From: the human T2T-CHM13v2.0 reference genome, Homo sapiens
Assembly: GCF_009914755.1 (NCBI RefSeq)
Contig: NC_060936.1
Strand: one strand, 5' to 3'
DNA: 64,000 bases
The notes beneath the pieces were generated by a model. It saw only the letters and a program-made list of their open reading frames with translations. It was not told where the DNA came from and made no database searches. Position 1 is the first letter of the stretch. Each line of letters begins with the position of its first letter. Shown here one piece after another: positions 1 to 22,697 of the stretch. Position numbers and translations under genes: made by a program.

Positions 1-1079
1 AATTGATCAGGAAGGAGCTCCAGTCATTCCTGGAGGATTAATTTATTATTATTATTATTATTTTTTAGCTGCATACCATATCACTGTGGTGCCTTTGTTT
101 TTGGAATGGAGCTGTTGCCTGCTGACCACGCCTGGGGGCACCTAATCACAAGTCTTTCCCAACTTCTTTTTCCTTTAAAGCAAGCCACTCCAGTTGAAAG
201 AGAATGATTAGACATATGAAAGTGTGGTTTTGTTTGCCCAAGAGTTTATGTATAAGTTAACACATTGTACACTTTTTTTTTTTTTTAAACTTCCTCTTTC
301 TCTCTTATCTGCCTCTGATCACGGGATCCTGGTTAGTTTTGCTCAGGGCAGCTCGCTTGACCTGGTGACAAATTCCGCTTCTTCCTGGGGCTTTCCTTTT
401 TCCTCCAGAAAGTCTTGTGCTCATGGTTTAGGAACTTAGTCACTGTCGTCTTTCTGGTTTTCATGAGATCAAATCAAATAAGGTAATACGTGCAAACTGT
501 ATAACGTGCTGCAAAGGCAGACTCTGCTGCTGTCCTTAGAGTCCAGTTCCCTGGCCGTGGCTGGGTTCCCAGCCCTCTGTTCTCTCTCCACAGAGTGACT
601 GTCTCGGCTCTGAGGGTTTCAGCGATACTGGATGCTTCCACATTTAGGAAATAGGCCTGCTTATGCTCCAGTGCAGGCATTAAAGCTCAATGAGTCATGT
701 GATCTGCTTGGCCGACTCTTCAGAGTTCGTTTGTACTCAGTAAAATTAGTATGAGTCTTGGAACCCGGTTGGAAACCTCTTCCTAGTCCTACAGGCCGGA
801 TGCGCCTTCTGAGTTTTCATATTATCTCTCCACCCCCAACCTCCCCCTCCTTTGGTTGTATGTTTCTCACAATGAATTGGTTGTTGGAAACTGGCTTTGT
901 AATAATTCCAAATGCCACTGTGAAGATTTTTAATAGCCTTTAAAATTTTTAATTGGCTGAGCTGTAGTGTTATTGATATATTTTTGTATAAATGTTATTA
1001 TTAACAAGTTAATTCATATAAAGGGCTTGGAACTATACCTGGCATATAAGTACATGTTTAATAAAGATTAACTTATTTC

Positions 1080-1349
1080 TGCCGGGTGTGGTGGCTCACG
1101 CCTGTAATCCCAACACTTTGGGAGGCCGAGGTGGGCAGATCACTTGAGGTCAGGAGTTTGAGACCAACCTGGGCCAACATGGTGAAACCCTGTCTTTACT
1201 AAAAATACAAAAATTAGCCTGATGTGCTTGCTTGAACTTAGGAGGCGGAGGTTGCAGTGAGCCGACATCATGCCACTGCACTCCAGCCTGGGCAACAGAG
1301 TGAGACTCTTGTCTCAAAAAAAAAAAAAAAAAGAAAAAAAAAGAAAAAG
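1080..1349 (+). mobile_element. AluS with an internal right-arm deletion
   Basis: gccgggtgtggtggctcacgcc head, A-tail, TSD aaagattaac. Confidence 0.9.
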
Positions 1350-1379
1350 ATTAACAGTATTTCTAATGGTATTAGAATT

Positions 1380-1693
1380 GTTTTATTTTATTTTTTGTTT
1401 TTGAGACAGGGTCTCGCTGTGTCACCCAGGCTGGAGTGCAGTGGTGGGATCATGCCTCACTGTAGCTAGCCTTGAACTCCTGGACTCAAGTGATCCTCCC
1501 ACCTCAACCTCCTGAGTAGCTGGGACTAGAGGTGCATTCTACCATGCCTGGCTAATTTTAAAAAATGTTTTTGTAGAAATGGGGTCTTGCTGTGTTGCCC
1601 AGGCTGGTCTGGAACTCCTGGGCTCAAGTGATCCTCCTGCCTTGGCCTCCCAAAGTGTTAGGATTACAGGTGTATGCCACCATGCTCATCCAG
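1380..1693 (-). mobile_element. AluJ-like, tail-to-tail with the previous Alu
   Basis: T-rich tail followed by gagacagggtctcgct... Confidence 0.9.
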
Positions 1694-3236
1694 CATTCTT
1701 AATTAAAATAATTTGGTAGGAGATTTTATGAAGGCAGTATGTTCAGTAGAAAGGTTTGGGGATCCAGAATTGGGAGACTATTTTAATTTTGGATCTGTTA
1801 TTTACTAGCTCTGGGAGCTTGAGCAGGTTCCTTACTTAAGTTCCTTGAGTAACAGTTTCTTGATCTTTAAAACATTATAGAGGGGTTAAATCAGATAATG
1901 TATGTGGAATGTATTCCTAGATTATAGATTATTACATAATTGTAAGTGTGGTAGCAATCACAGGTGTGTTTAGAGACTACTAAAAAATGGTTTTCTCTTT
2001 TAATCTTGTCTGATGTAAATTAATGACACATTCTCAGTCGACTGTAGTATTGACACTTGATAAACAGTTTTTGAAAATGAATTTATTCTCCATCTCTTCT
2101 ATGTCTGCTTTTATCTGCAAAGTCGTGATTTGTGTTTGGGGACTTGAACAATTGATAGCTAAGCATCAACTTTAAATTGCTTTATGAATTGATGATTGTG
2201 TTTATGAAGCACTGGTGATTTGGGGGAAGATGACATTTTAGCTTACTGTTGGATGCATCAGGGAACTTGAGTTAATTTAGCTTTAAGCCTTCCAGATTAT
2301 CCTGCCTATGAGCTTCACAAGGGCAGACCACATCTCTAGTTTTCACCATGATATTTTCAGTGCTATCTTGGTGCCTGGCACAGAGGACAGAGGGAGTCCC
2401 AATTATATTTGTTAATTGACCACCTGGTTTTCATCTGATCAGACTTGTGTCAGAATTATAATCAAGGAAAAGTTGGGCAAAGGCACTAAAATGAGTTTCT
2501 TTTGGTTTCAGAGGGAGTAATAATAAAACAACAGTAATAGCTTATGTATTCATGTGGAAATAGGACATTTAGGTGAAAAGTACGTTGGGCCAGGGGTATG
2601 GAGATCTAGCTCCTAGGACTGGTCCTTTATTAAATAGCAGAGATAACTTTGGGAGAGTTACTTAACCATTTTTGGCTTCAGTTTCTTCCTCAAAGGCCCT
2701 GTCCAGCTGTGTGGCAAATGGTTAGTTTATTCTGGAGCAGAATTACTGATTGGAGGGAAAGTAACAGCAATAGGATTTGAGAGGGCTTCACAAATGTTTT
2801 GAGATGCCAAATGAATTAGTTTAGAAACAGCTATATTAGGTCATATCTGCTTGGATAGGGAGAACCCAAGTGAGTTGAGTCATGGGTGTTTGAGAAATGA
2901 ATAGAATATGTAGAATTATTTCTTTTCCAAAAGAGGGAATGTCTTGGGAAAGAAATCAAAGGGAACCTGGGTGATATCTTTGATTCATCCCCTATCTAGT
3001 GCCAACAAGAACAAGTTTCTTTCTTTCTTTTCCTTTTTCTAAGAATGGATTTCATGTAAGCCAAAAGAACACTTGATTGTTCTGAACTTGTATATATTGC
3101 AGGAGTTATAAATATAATATCAAGAACTATTTAATAAGAGCCCACCAGCAGTTCCACGTTCCTCAAAACCAGGACAGGATGAATGTATGAGAATCATCTT
3201 CTTACTGAGAATGGTAGGACAGAAGGGATAGTTTAG

Positions 3237-3624
<388 letters not shown>

Positions 3625-3747
3625 GATTAATTTCTTTTACTTGCTTCAAGTGTCTCCTTTATTCCAGCCTACACATAGAGGTAAATATTCCTAGGAAACT
3701 TTCAGCAAGTTAAATCCTATTATAAAATGCCAGAGTCAGTTGTCTAA

Positions 3748-4234
3748 TTTTTATTTTATTTTATTATTATTATTTTTTTGAGACAGGGTCTTGCTTTGTC
3801 ACCCAGGCTGGAGTGCAGTGGCGTGAACACAGCTCACCACAGCCTTCACCTCCCAGGCTCAAGTGATCGTTCCAGTTCAGCCTCCTTAGTAGCTGGGATC
3901 ACAGGTGCAGACCACCACACCCGACTAATTTTCTTTTTTTTTTTTTTAAGACAAGGTCTCACTCTGTCGTCCAGGCTGGAGTACAGTGGCGTGACTTTGG
4001 CTCACTGCAACCTCTGCCTATGGGTTCAAGCAATCCTCCCACCTCAGCCTCCCGAGTAGCTAGGACTACAGGTACGTGCCACCACACCCAGCTAATTTTT
4101 TGTATTTTTTTTTTTGTAGAGATGGGGTTTCACAGCATTGCCCAGGCTGGTCTCAAACACCTGGGCTCAAGCCATCTGTCTGCCTTGACCTCCCAAAGTG
4201 CTGGGATTATAGGCATGAGCCACTGCGCCCGTCC
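3748..4234 (-). mobile_element. Trimeric/nested AluJ (extra right arm plus a full Alu)
   Basis: Two right arms and one left arm in series. Confidence 0.85.
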
Positions 4235-4484
4235 CACTGCTATTCTTCCAGCTAGAAGGACTATACTTAAATGCATAATTATACAACCTTTTGATTTGTT
4301 ATGAAAATCATAAAAAATTATTTTTCTAGCAACTCCTGCCCTTTTCATTAAACAGATCCTAGTATTCCTGAAATTCTGTGGTGGATTTTTATATGTAATG
4401 TGATAATATGAAGAAATAGCTGATTTTGGTAGCTGCTCACATATTATGTTTGTTTTAATTGGAAAAGTTGGCCTATGAAAATGA

Positions 4485-4830
<346 letters not shown>

Positions 4831-5063
4831 AAAATGGTTTATGTGAACTAAAAGGTTGTTTGCATTTTGTGGCAAATAACAGCACCAAATTCCCAGATCC
4901 TAAATGTTTCAGTTATGAAATATTTGAAGTACCTCTGAATTTACACATAGGCATTCCACTCATGTAAGCACTCATTGATTTTAAGATTTTTCATTCATCA
5001 AAAGGGAAAATGTGGGCTGCCATATGTATAATTTTTGTCATCCAAAAAAGAGATATAAAGTTA

Positions 5064-5406
<343 letters not shown>

Positions 5407-5469
5407 TTACTCCCAGGACATGTGATCATATGCCTACTCAGGAGTGAGTTATAGCTAGTTCTCAGTAGA

Positions 5470-7660
5470 TGTTTAGTTATTAAAATGGAATGAAGGCATG
5501 AATGTGGGGATGAAGTAGAGGAGGGGCTGGGTTGGAGATACTGGTTAATTGGGAGGCATTAGTAACACTGAATGTGGGCAGAGAGGTGGTGAGAAAGAGG
5601 AGTCAAGGAAGAGTTGTAGGTTTCTGGTTTGGGAGCCTTGGAAGATGGTGCTAGCAAGCAGCCACTCACCAAGAAATCAAGTAAGAAGAAAGATCAGGTT
5701 TAGGAGGGAAGACACATTCAGGCAATCAATATATGGCATACACCAGGCAGTCAATAAATTTTGAGTGAGTAAATCTGGGCATGTGTGTTTTGAGATGTCT
5801 GTGGGCTATCAAAGTTTCTGGAGTTTCTTATCAAGAAGGTAGACCTGGTCTGCAGAGAGAGCTTCAGGATTCGTTGAAGTCATGGGCTTAGATGAACTAT
5901 GTGTGTAAAGCAAAAAAGGTGTCTTTAGACAGAAGCATGGAGGATACCACAGAAGCATGGGGGCACCAGCAGGTAAGAAGTGGGCAGAGAAGGGCATGTC
6001 CATGGAGGAACCAAGGAGTGGTCAGAGAAGCTGGAGAAAAAGAAAAGGGTGGTTGTCCTGGGATCGGAGGTTGGGACCACCTCAAGAACAAGGGCTTGGC
6101 CATGGGACAAGTGCTTCAGAAAAGCCAAGAAGGCCTGGGGTGGAACTGTGTGGCAGTCTCTGGAGACCTTGAGGAGAGCCACTCCAGTGAACTGGAGGCG
6201 TACAGTCACACTGCAGTGGGTGGTGAGTGAATAGTGCAGAGGAAGCAGGAGAGTGAGTAGAGGTGCTCTTCCGTGAGGCTTGTCTGGCAAGGAGAGGATG
6301 GTGTAGTAAAATGAGGAGCCTACAAGGGCGAGGGAAGTGGTAAGGGTGTTGTCATCGTATGTAATGTATGTATGTATGTATGTATGTATGTATGTATGTA
6401 TGTATGTATGTTGAGACATAGTCTTGCTCTGTCGCCCAGGCTGGAGTGCAGTGGTGCAATCTCTGCTCACTGCAACCTCTGTCTCCCGGGTTCAAGATTC
6501 TCCTGCCTCAGCCTCCCAAGTAGCTGGGATTACAGGCACCTGCTACCACACCCAGTTAATTTTTGTATTTTTAGTAGAGATGGAGTTTTGCCATGTTGGC
6601 CAGGCTGGTCTCGTCTCAACCTCCTGACCTCAGGTTATCCGCCCACCTCGGCCTCCCAAAGTGCTGGGATTACAGGGGAGAGCCACCATACCCGGCCTGT
6701 TTTTTATTTATTTTTAGATGAGAGGACTTGAATGGAAAGAAGACTGAGTGTCAGGGGAGTGAGGATCATTGAAAGAGATGCCTCCCTTCGCACTGGAAGG
6801 GATGATATTTGGATTCTAAGTAGAAGGCTGCTTAGAAAGAAGACGTCTCTCCCATCGTTGAGTGGAGGAGAAGTTCAATCTAGAAATGTGTATATAATAC
6901 AAGAGGGGGTGACTAGGCCTTTCAGTTGGTGGCAGGTGGATATTGATGGAGGAGGTGGGTATGCACATGTGGGAGTGGTGCATGAAGAGAAGCCCACACA
7001 GGCAGGCACCGGGCCAGAAGAGGGGAGTGCTGGGGTATTTGGGACCAAGTGGTGGTATGGCTGCAGCAAAGGTTGCCACGCCAAAGGTGTGGTGAAAAAC
7101 TACGCTGGAAAGGAGGGAGGGTTGGCAGGCTCTGAAAGGCCGTGCTTGCCAGCCTGAAGATTGAATATTTTGTGAGTAAGGAGGAGCCACTTAGGGAGAA
7201 ATAAAGTGGTCAGACCTATGATTTTAAAACTGACAGCAGAGTTTAGAGGGCAAGAGAGGTAGGGATATTGTTTGGAAGGTGATTGCGGTAACCTGGGTGA
7301 AGGTAATTAGGGCTAGAAATAGGATAGTTGCAGTGGGAGAGAGAAGGACTCCAGAAATTGAGTTGTCACATTGGCACCTGATCGGCCAGGGTGAGGGGAG
7401 GCAAGGAAGGAGACGAGAGAAAAGAAGGAGGTATGGAAGGTGGCTGGGTGGGAGGATGGCCATGCCACTGTGGAATGGGGAGCACGGGAGGAAGAGGAAC
7501 AGGTTTAGTGAGGTAGGGGAACAACTCGGTTTTAGGGCCTATACGCAACATTTGTGTAGCATCCAGCTGCAGCCAGAATTAAGGGTCTGAAGCTCAGGAC
7601 AGACCTCAGATCTCATGGAAGCATGAGATCATCATCCTTGAATTGGAAGTGGTTGAGATT
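5470..7660 (-). mobile_element. Degenerate L2 fragments, interrupted by the Alu at 6357-6697
   Basis: Purine-rich antisense-L2-like motifs (gagtcaagga..taggtttctgg, ggatggccatgccactg). Confidence 0.6.
6357..6697 (-). mobile_element. AluSx with its tail converted to a (TATG)n microsatellite
   Basis: (tatg)n at 6357-6410 followed by the Alu body. Confidence 0.9.
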
Positions 7661-8075
7661 TATTTGAAATAACAAGAGAAAAATAAATCTTGATGTGGAT
7701 ATGGACTGGAAGAGTAAACTTCACAGACCATTTGAGTGTATTTTTAACTTTCTTAGAAAAAAAGTCTTTGAAGACCAGAATGTGGTGGTGCTCCACAAAT
7801 AGCTCAAAATTAGCACATCTAGAATAAGCTAGAAAATAAATCTAAGCAGTTTCAATAGAAATGCTGTTATCTTGATCTGGCTCTATTTGTTTTTTTTCCT
7901 ATCAGGTTAAAATCTGTTTCTTCAATCATTTTGTTTATTCCTTTTGATAAGAGACTTCAGAGGACTGACAGGGACTAGCTGGTTATGTTTTTGAAAAGTC
8001 TTTGAAGATGAAACATATGTTTTGAGTGTGGTGACACTGCATTAATTATTCTCTGGTTTTGACACCAGTGGATAC

Positions 8076-8489
8076 TGATACGGTTTGGATGTGTGTTGCC
8101 TTCAAATCTTATGTTGAAACGTGATCCACAATGTTGGAGTTGGGGCCTAGTGGGAGGTATTGGATTATGGGGATGGATCCCTCATGAATGGCTTAGTACC
8201 ACCTCCTTGGTGATATGTGAGTTCTTACTCTGTTCACGTGAGAGCTGGTTGTTTAAAAAGAGCCTGGCACCTCCTCCTCTCTCTCTTGTTCCCTCTCCTG
8301 CCATGTGACCACCTGCTTCCCCTTTTCCTTTCACCTCCTGAGGTCCTCCTGAGGTCCTCACCAGGAGCAGATGTTGGTGCCATGTTTCCTGTGCAGCCAA
8401 CAGAACTGTGAGCCAAAATAAACCTCTTTTCTTTATAAATTACCTAGCCTCAGATACTCTTTTATAGCAATGAAGAAAAGACAAACACA
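8076..8489 (+). mobile_element. MST-family MaLR LTR
   Basis: Starts tgatacggtttggatgtgt; ends with agaactgtgagccaaaataaacctcttttctttataaattacc...aca. Confidence 0.88.
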
Positions 8490-8679
8490 GAAAATTGGTA
8501 CCAGGAGAGGGGCATCGCAATAAAGATACCTGAAAATGTGGAACTGGCTTTGGAACTGGGTAATAGGCAGAGATTAGAAGAGTTTGGAGGGGTCAGAAGA
8601 AGACAGGAAGACAAGGGAAAGTTTTGGAACTTCTTAGAGACTGATTAAATTTGACCAAAATGCTGATAGAAATATGGAC
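8490..8679 (+). mobile_element. Start of the MST internal region (truncated)
   Basis: gaaaattggtaccag...taaagatacctgaaaatgtggaa...ttggaactgggtaataggcagag is the typical start of THE1/MST-int. Confidence 0.85.
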
Positions 8680-8967
8680 CAAGTGGGGTGGCTCACGCCT
8701 ATAGTCAGCACTTTGGGAGGCTGAGGTGGGAGGATTGCTTGAGCTCAGGAGTTTGAGACCACCCTGGACAAAGTGGCAAAACTGTATCTCTACAAAAAAT
8801 ACAAAAATTAGCTGGGCATGGTGACATGTCCCTGTAGTCCCAGCTACTGGGGAGGCTGAGGTGGGAAGATGGCTTGAGCCTGGGAGGCAGAGTTTGCAGT
8901 GAGCCAGTATGAGTCACTGCACTCCAGCCTGGGTGACAGCCAGACCCTGTATCAAGCAAACAAACAA
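8676..8967 (+). mobile_element. AluJ, no TSD seen
   Basis: Full dimer with a (caaa)n tail. Confidence 0.88.
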
Positions 8968-10122
<1,155 letters not shown>

Positions 10123-10937
10123 TCTGTATTCCTGTTTTATAGTATCACACATTTATTACGTGCCTGTCTAATACCCATTGCTGTGGTTTTCTCTGGGAAT
10201 TCAAAGAGGAGTAAGCTAGTAGCTCTGCCTTCTAGCACATGGGCTAGTGGAAAGTCATAAAGAGCCATTTAATGACCACTGTCAATGTCTGTGTAAGGGC
10301 AGTGAAGAGCACGCTGCTGTTGATAAGGATGGCTCACATTTATGGTACACTTGCAATACCTTTTACCCATACTGATTCATCTCATTCTCACACCAACTCT
10401 GTGATGTGGTACAGTTATTAGAAGAGGCACAGAGAGGTTAAATAGTAGCTGGTAATTAGATTAACCAACGTTAGAAACTGGGTGGTCTGGTGTGAGAGCA
10501 CAGGCTTTTAAAAAGCGGTAAGAAGAGGGGAAGCTGCAGCCTAGTTAGGGTGACTGTTGTGTTATTGAAGATGAGGGGATGAGGACTTTGTGCATGTGTG
10601 TGGAGCCTGGGCTGTGAGGGTCAAGGGACAATGGGAAGGGACATTAAAAGGTTATGGTTAAAGTAAGCCTAGACGGACTAGTTTGAAGTCAAATAGTAGA
10701 AGGTGAGGATAGAGAGGGGGATGGGAACCAGATTATGAAAATAGGCAGTATCTCTTTTTTATGTCAAGTGTTACCCTGAAATTCCGAAACTATATTTCTT
10801 ATGAACATACTGATTACATTCATTGTTATTTAAAAATATGCATGTACAATATGGGTGGAAATGATAATGATTGTAATGAGAGTGGCTCACAATTCCAAAG
10901 AAGTTGGGGGTTTCTGTGGGTTTATTATAACTTACGG

Positions 10938-13890
<2,953 letters not shown>

Positions 13891-14967
13891 CGCAGATTCT
13901 TCAGTTCTCTCTTTGAAATGGGAAGCTCTGAGGATTAAGAAATTATTTTTTTAAACCTGTATGCTGATTTTTTTTGAAGCTGTAATGGCGCTTTGCATAC
14001 TTGTGGTTTAGGGGGTAAATGGAATATACACAATAAGAAATATTTACTGTGTTAATGGTTCATAACTTGTGACTTATGTAAAGTTCCATCTAATTTAAAT
14101 AATAAATAATAATACTGGCTGCATAGTAATACCTAGGACCACAATGAGAGACTCCGTAAAAAAGAAATTCCTAAACTGTATTTTTTTTTTTTGTATGTCT
14201 GTGCCCACCTGTAATTTGACTTACAGTGAATGTGGCTTAGTTGGGCAGGGGAGACTTTTGAACAGGTGATAACATTTTTGCGTGGCCTTAAAATTTCTAT
14301 AATTTATTTGAAACTCTTTTTAAACCATCATGTCTCAAAGTGATCAAGTAGAAAGGATCAGGTGCCTTAATTACGAAGAATGGCATAAATCATGACAAGG
14401 TCTTTTTGAAGTCACCTGGAATGCTCCCTTTGGGTGAAAGAAGGTTCTGTTCTCTTATCATATTCTTCCTGCTCAAGTTGCCCAGGTGTAGTTTGTGGTT
14501 TCCAAGATACCTGTTGGACTGGCTTTAGGCTGATAATATTGGTTCCTTCATATTTTTTTCACATTGTTTTTAGAAATTTTATGTAACTGCATTCTTCAAT
14601 AAGGCTCTAAAACAATTTTCCTATTATGGTATAGTTGCTTCTCCAAACACTTAACTACCTACTGGGAGGAATCAATAAGAGAGCCACTTCTGGTGGATCT
14701 TGGCCACAAGGTCTGTGATGTGTCGTTATATTGCAGAGATCTTTTGAGGAAATGCAACGTGAAAGATCTCCTTGACATTCTATGTTGAAGAAATTAAAGG
14801 TAAACTGCATTTATGCAGATTTAATGTAGGTAGATAACTGACCTGTTTAATTCATGTGAGGCCTCAGAGGGTCTTTTATATTCTCTGCTTTCCAGCTAGT
14901 TTGACCTAAGTCAAACCTTTTCTCCCCAGTGGACCATGTTACTTTTATTTTAATCAGTTGATTTTTT

Positions 14968-15910
14968 TAAGGCTTTATTGAGTATAATTGATATACCAGA
15001 AACCTGTACATATTTAATATATACAGTTTGATGAGTTTGGACATATGTACACACCAGTGATATCACCACACTCAAGGTCATAAACATCTGTTGCCTCCAA
15101 ATTTTCCTGTGTCACTTTTTTTTGTGGTAAGAACACTTAACATGAGATTGACCCTCTCAACACAAAAGTGTACAGTACCGTATCATTAACTATAGGCATT
15201 ATGTTGTACACAGATCTCGAGGGCTTATTCATCTTGTGTAACTATAACTTTATTCCCATTGAACAACTTCTCATTTCCCTCTCTACCTATACCCTGGCAA
15301 CTACCTTTCTATTTTCAGCTTTTATAAGTTGGATTATTTTAGATAAACCACATAAAAGTGGAATTATGCAGTATTTGTCCTTCTGTGACTGATTTTATTT
15401 CACTTAGAATATTGTCCTCAAGGTTCATCCATGTTGTTGCAAATGGTAGGATTTCCTTTTCATTTTATTTTATTTTGTGAGACAGGGTCTCACTCTGTTA
15501 CCCATGCTGGAGTGCAGTGGTGCAGTCATGGCTCACTGCAGCCTCAACCTCCCGCGCCCAAGTGATCCTCCCACCTCAGCCTCCTGAATAGCTGGGACTA
15601 GAGGCATGTGCCACTATTCCCAGCTAATTATTATTATTTGTAGAGACAGGGTCCTCACTATGTTGCTCAGGCTGGTCTCGAACTCCTGGGTTCAAGCAGT
15701 CCTCCCGCCTCGACCTCCCAAAGTGCTGGGAGGTCTCACTCCCAGCCTAGGATGAGCCTCACTCCCTCACTCAGCCTAGGATTTTCTTTTTAAAGGTGAA
15801 ATAATATTCTAATGTATATATACATTGCATTTTTAATAGTCTTATTTCATGACATTAAATAAGATATACTTATTTAACGTCAATCATCGTTTGGATTGTT
15901 TCCATGTGAC
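14968..15910 (-). mobile_element. L1MA/MB 3' end interrupted by an AluJ (15463-15776)
   Basis: gtggaattatgcagtatttgtccttctgtgactg...aggttcatccatgttgttgcaaatggtaggattt; Alu TSD taggattt. Confidence 0.85.
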
Positions 15911-15913
15911 TTA

Positions 15914-17999
<2,086 letters not shown>

Positions 18000-18223
18000 C
18001 CGGGCAAGTTTCTTAATGCAATTGTTAATTGTAGCTTAACAGCTGTCCTTGGATTATTTGAGTATGAAAGAAGTTATTAATACCTTGTAAAATGCTTAGA
18101 ACATGTCTGGTCCATAGTAAAGCTCCATAAAGATTTAGCTATTGTTACTGTTAAAGTGTTAGATGCACAGATACTCACAACATTTTTCAAATGGAAAAGA
18201 ATTTTAAAACAGCATGTATAGAA

Positions 18224-18438
18224 GCCGGTGAGGTGGCAAGCACCTGTAGTCCAGCTGCATGGGAGACTAAGGCAGAACGACCGCTTGAGCCGAGGAAGGA
18301 GTTTGGGGCTGTAGTATGGGATGATTGTTCTTGTGAATAGCCACTGCATTCCAGCCTGGGCAACCTAGTGAGACCCCGTCTCTTAAAAAAAAAATAAAAC
18401 CCCAAAACAAAAATAAACCAAAAACCCCAACAAAACAG
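18224..18438 (+). mobile_element. FAM-type fossil Alu monomer
   Basis: Retains tgtgaatagccactgcattccagcctgggcaac; TSD aaaacagcatgtata. Confidence 0.8.
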
Positions 18439-19249
18439 CATGTATAATGTATCATTAAATATAAGAATAGGAAAAAAAAACCGGAATGATCTACTCTGGG
18501 TGATAGGACAATCTCTTTTGGCTTCTGTGTTTTTTCTCTCCTACAACTCTTCTGTTTTATAACTGAAAAAAATGTTTTGCATGTGAATTTTAGACTGGGG
18601 TCTTTGGGTAAAAGCACCTAGAGATTACTGGCAGGTTAATTCTAAAAAGGGCAATTTGTTTTTTCACTTTATCTCAGAGTTTCATTTGTTTCCCAGTGAT
18701 TGACTAATTATTTTAACAAAGTAAAGCTTCATTGTTGTGTGTATGCAATTGAATCGAAAATATACTTTTCATACAAAGACAACTTCCTAAAGGTAAGTGT
18801 AAACTTGTATGTAGTTTGTTAATCTTATTGTGGTATTTTGTTTTTCTTAAACACAGTTTCCTGTTCTTTTGCTTTTGCATGTCAACATTGCTGAAAATAA
18901 ATATTTTGCTCTGCAGGGATAGTAAGCCAGATGGAGTGGTATTTATAATTTGAGGAAATAGCTTAAACTTTGTCATCAGTTTAAATTGCATTAAAAAACC
19001 TGAAGCACATTGATTAGAGTTGTTTAAGGTAGAGAACCAGAAATATTCTAAATATCCTATGCCTAACCTGTCAAAACTGTTCCTGAAATATATAGAGAGG
19101 GAAAGAGTACCTGAGGAGCTCAGGAAGAGTGATGGCCTAGAGCGTAGCTTGAATTGAGCAGCAGAGGTTTCTCTGGAGTGTCCTGTATTATCTTAGGCAA
19201 ATTTGTAGTCTTCTTAATAGTATCTGTTTACATATCAATATGTTTTCTG

Positions 19250-20355
<1,106 letters not shown>

Positions 20356-20574
20356 TCTTTTTAAATTATAAAATTTTAAAAATAAAGAAATTTTTTTTTA
20401 TTTTGAGAAGTTTGTGTGCTTTAGGTGTGTATTCTGTTTCATTAAGCCAAAGTTTGTATTACTAGCCTTCTATCCTGTCTTCCCATCCTTACCAAAAAAA
20501 GAGAAAAAGAAAAATAGTTTTACTCCTGAGGTTAAGAATGGGGCATGTTGTATCAATGTTTATTTGTGTAGATA

Positions 20575-21240
20575 TTCTTTTGAATTTTTAAAAATTGGGG
20601 TATCACTTATATACAATAAAATGCACAAATCTTAATTGTACAATCTAATGAGTCTCTATGTTTAACTACCACCCAGATGTAGAAATGCAGTACATTTCTG
20701 TTACCCAGGAAGGTTCCTATGTGACTGTTCACAATCAGTAATCTCCCCAGCCCTTGGCTAGAACCACTAGTCTGACTTTTATCACCCTGAGTTAATGTTG
20801 CCGCATCTTGAACTTCATATAAGTAAAATCATGCAGTATGCACTCTTGCAGCTGACATCTTTTGCCCAAGTCAGTGCCACACATTGAGATTCATCCATGT
20901 TATTGCATATATCAGTAATTCTTCATTGTTGTAAAATATTACATTGTTTGAATATATCATTATTTATCCATTCTCTTGATGAACATTTGGATTGTCAATC
21001 AGCTGCTTTGATCATTCTTGTAGAACGTGTCCTTTGGTGGACATAACCCTTCATTTTTCTTGGCTATATATATACCTAAGAGTGGAATTACTGCATTGTA
21101 GAGTAGGTGTATCATTGGCTTTAGTAGATATTACCAGTTTTCTAACTGTGTTAGACTGACGTACATGCCCACTAGCAATGGATGAGAGTTCTGTTTTCTC
21201 CACATCCTTGCTAACAGTCTCTTTAGTTGTTCCATTTTTA
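20575..21240 (-). mobile_element. Old L1M 3' fragment
   Basis: cacttatatacaataaaatgcacaaatctt...gagattcatccatgttattgcatatatcagta. Confidence 0.8.
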
Positions 21241-22078
21241 ATTGTGTCTTCAAGTAGGAAGCACCCTCACTTACAGGAGAAAGGAACTCCCAAGGAAGTT
21301 TCTGATTAGTGCAAGTTGGGTGGGATGAAGATGAATAACCAATACATAGCCTAAAGCTTTGCTCAGCATCTTATTCAGATGTAGTATTTATTTCAATGAC
21401 AACCAAAAATAATTTCTGAATGGACCCTCCCTACCCATCTACTGTAAGTTAACATTGTCCAAATTCTAGTCTAATTATGCTTATGTTCTTCTTCTCCCCT
21501 CTTATATTCATGCTGAAATATTAAAAAATCACTGCAAATTCCTATGGAAAACCTCATACTTCAAAAGGGATCAGTGTTTGGTTTCTCTCTCCATTTTTTT
21601 TTTTTTCTGTTGAAATAGAGTGAAAGACCCAGGAATAATATGCCTGTGTGTACATTTTGCAGATCTGGTAATAATAACAACTGTAGCGGTTACTGAGGGC
21701 CTCCTCTGGGTCAGGCTCTGTGAGAAGTGATTTGTATTCCTTAGTTCATTTACTTTCTATCATGACCCAATAAAGTATATGTATCTTTGCTATCCCCATT
21801 TTATAGATGAAGAAGCTAAAGCTTTGAGAGGTTAAGTAATTTGCCCAAGTTTATCTAGCTAGTAAGTGCAGAAGCTAGAATTTTAATCTAGGTCTGTCTA
21901 ACTACAAAGGATGGAATTAGGCCCCTTTCTTATGATTATTAATAAAAATGATCTCTATGTAGTTAGGATTTACTAACCCAATTTCTTTTATCTTTTAAAC
22001 TGAGAATCCCTCCACCTCCTGGCACCCCAGTTCTGGTAAAAGATAAATGAAACCCATAGTTGTTTTTCTCAGCAAGGG

Positions 22079-22697
<619 letters not shown>

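Noticed and set aside
6732-7157. 141-aa ORF
   Set aside because: No recognisable domain; lies among purine-rich decayed L2 sequence
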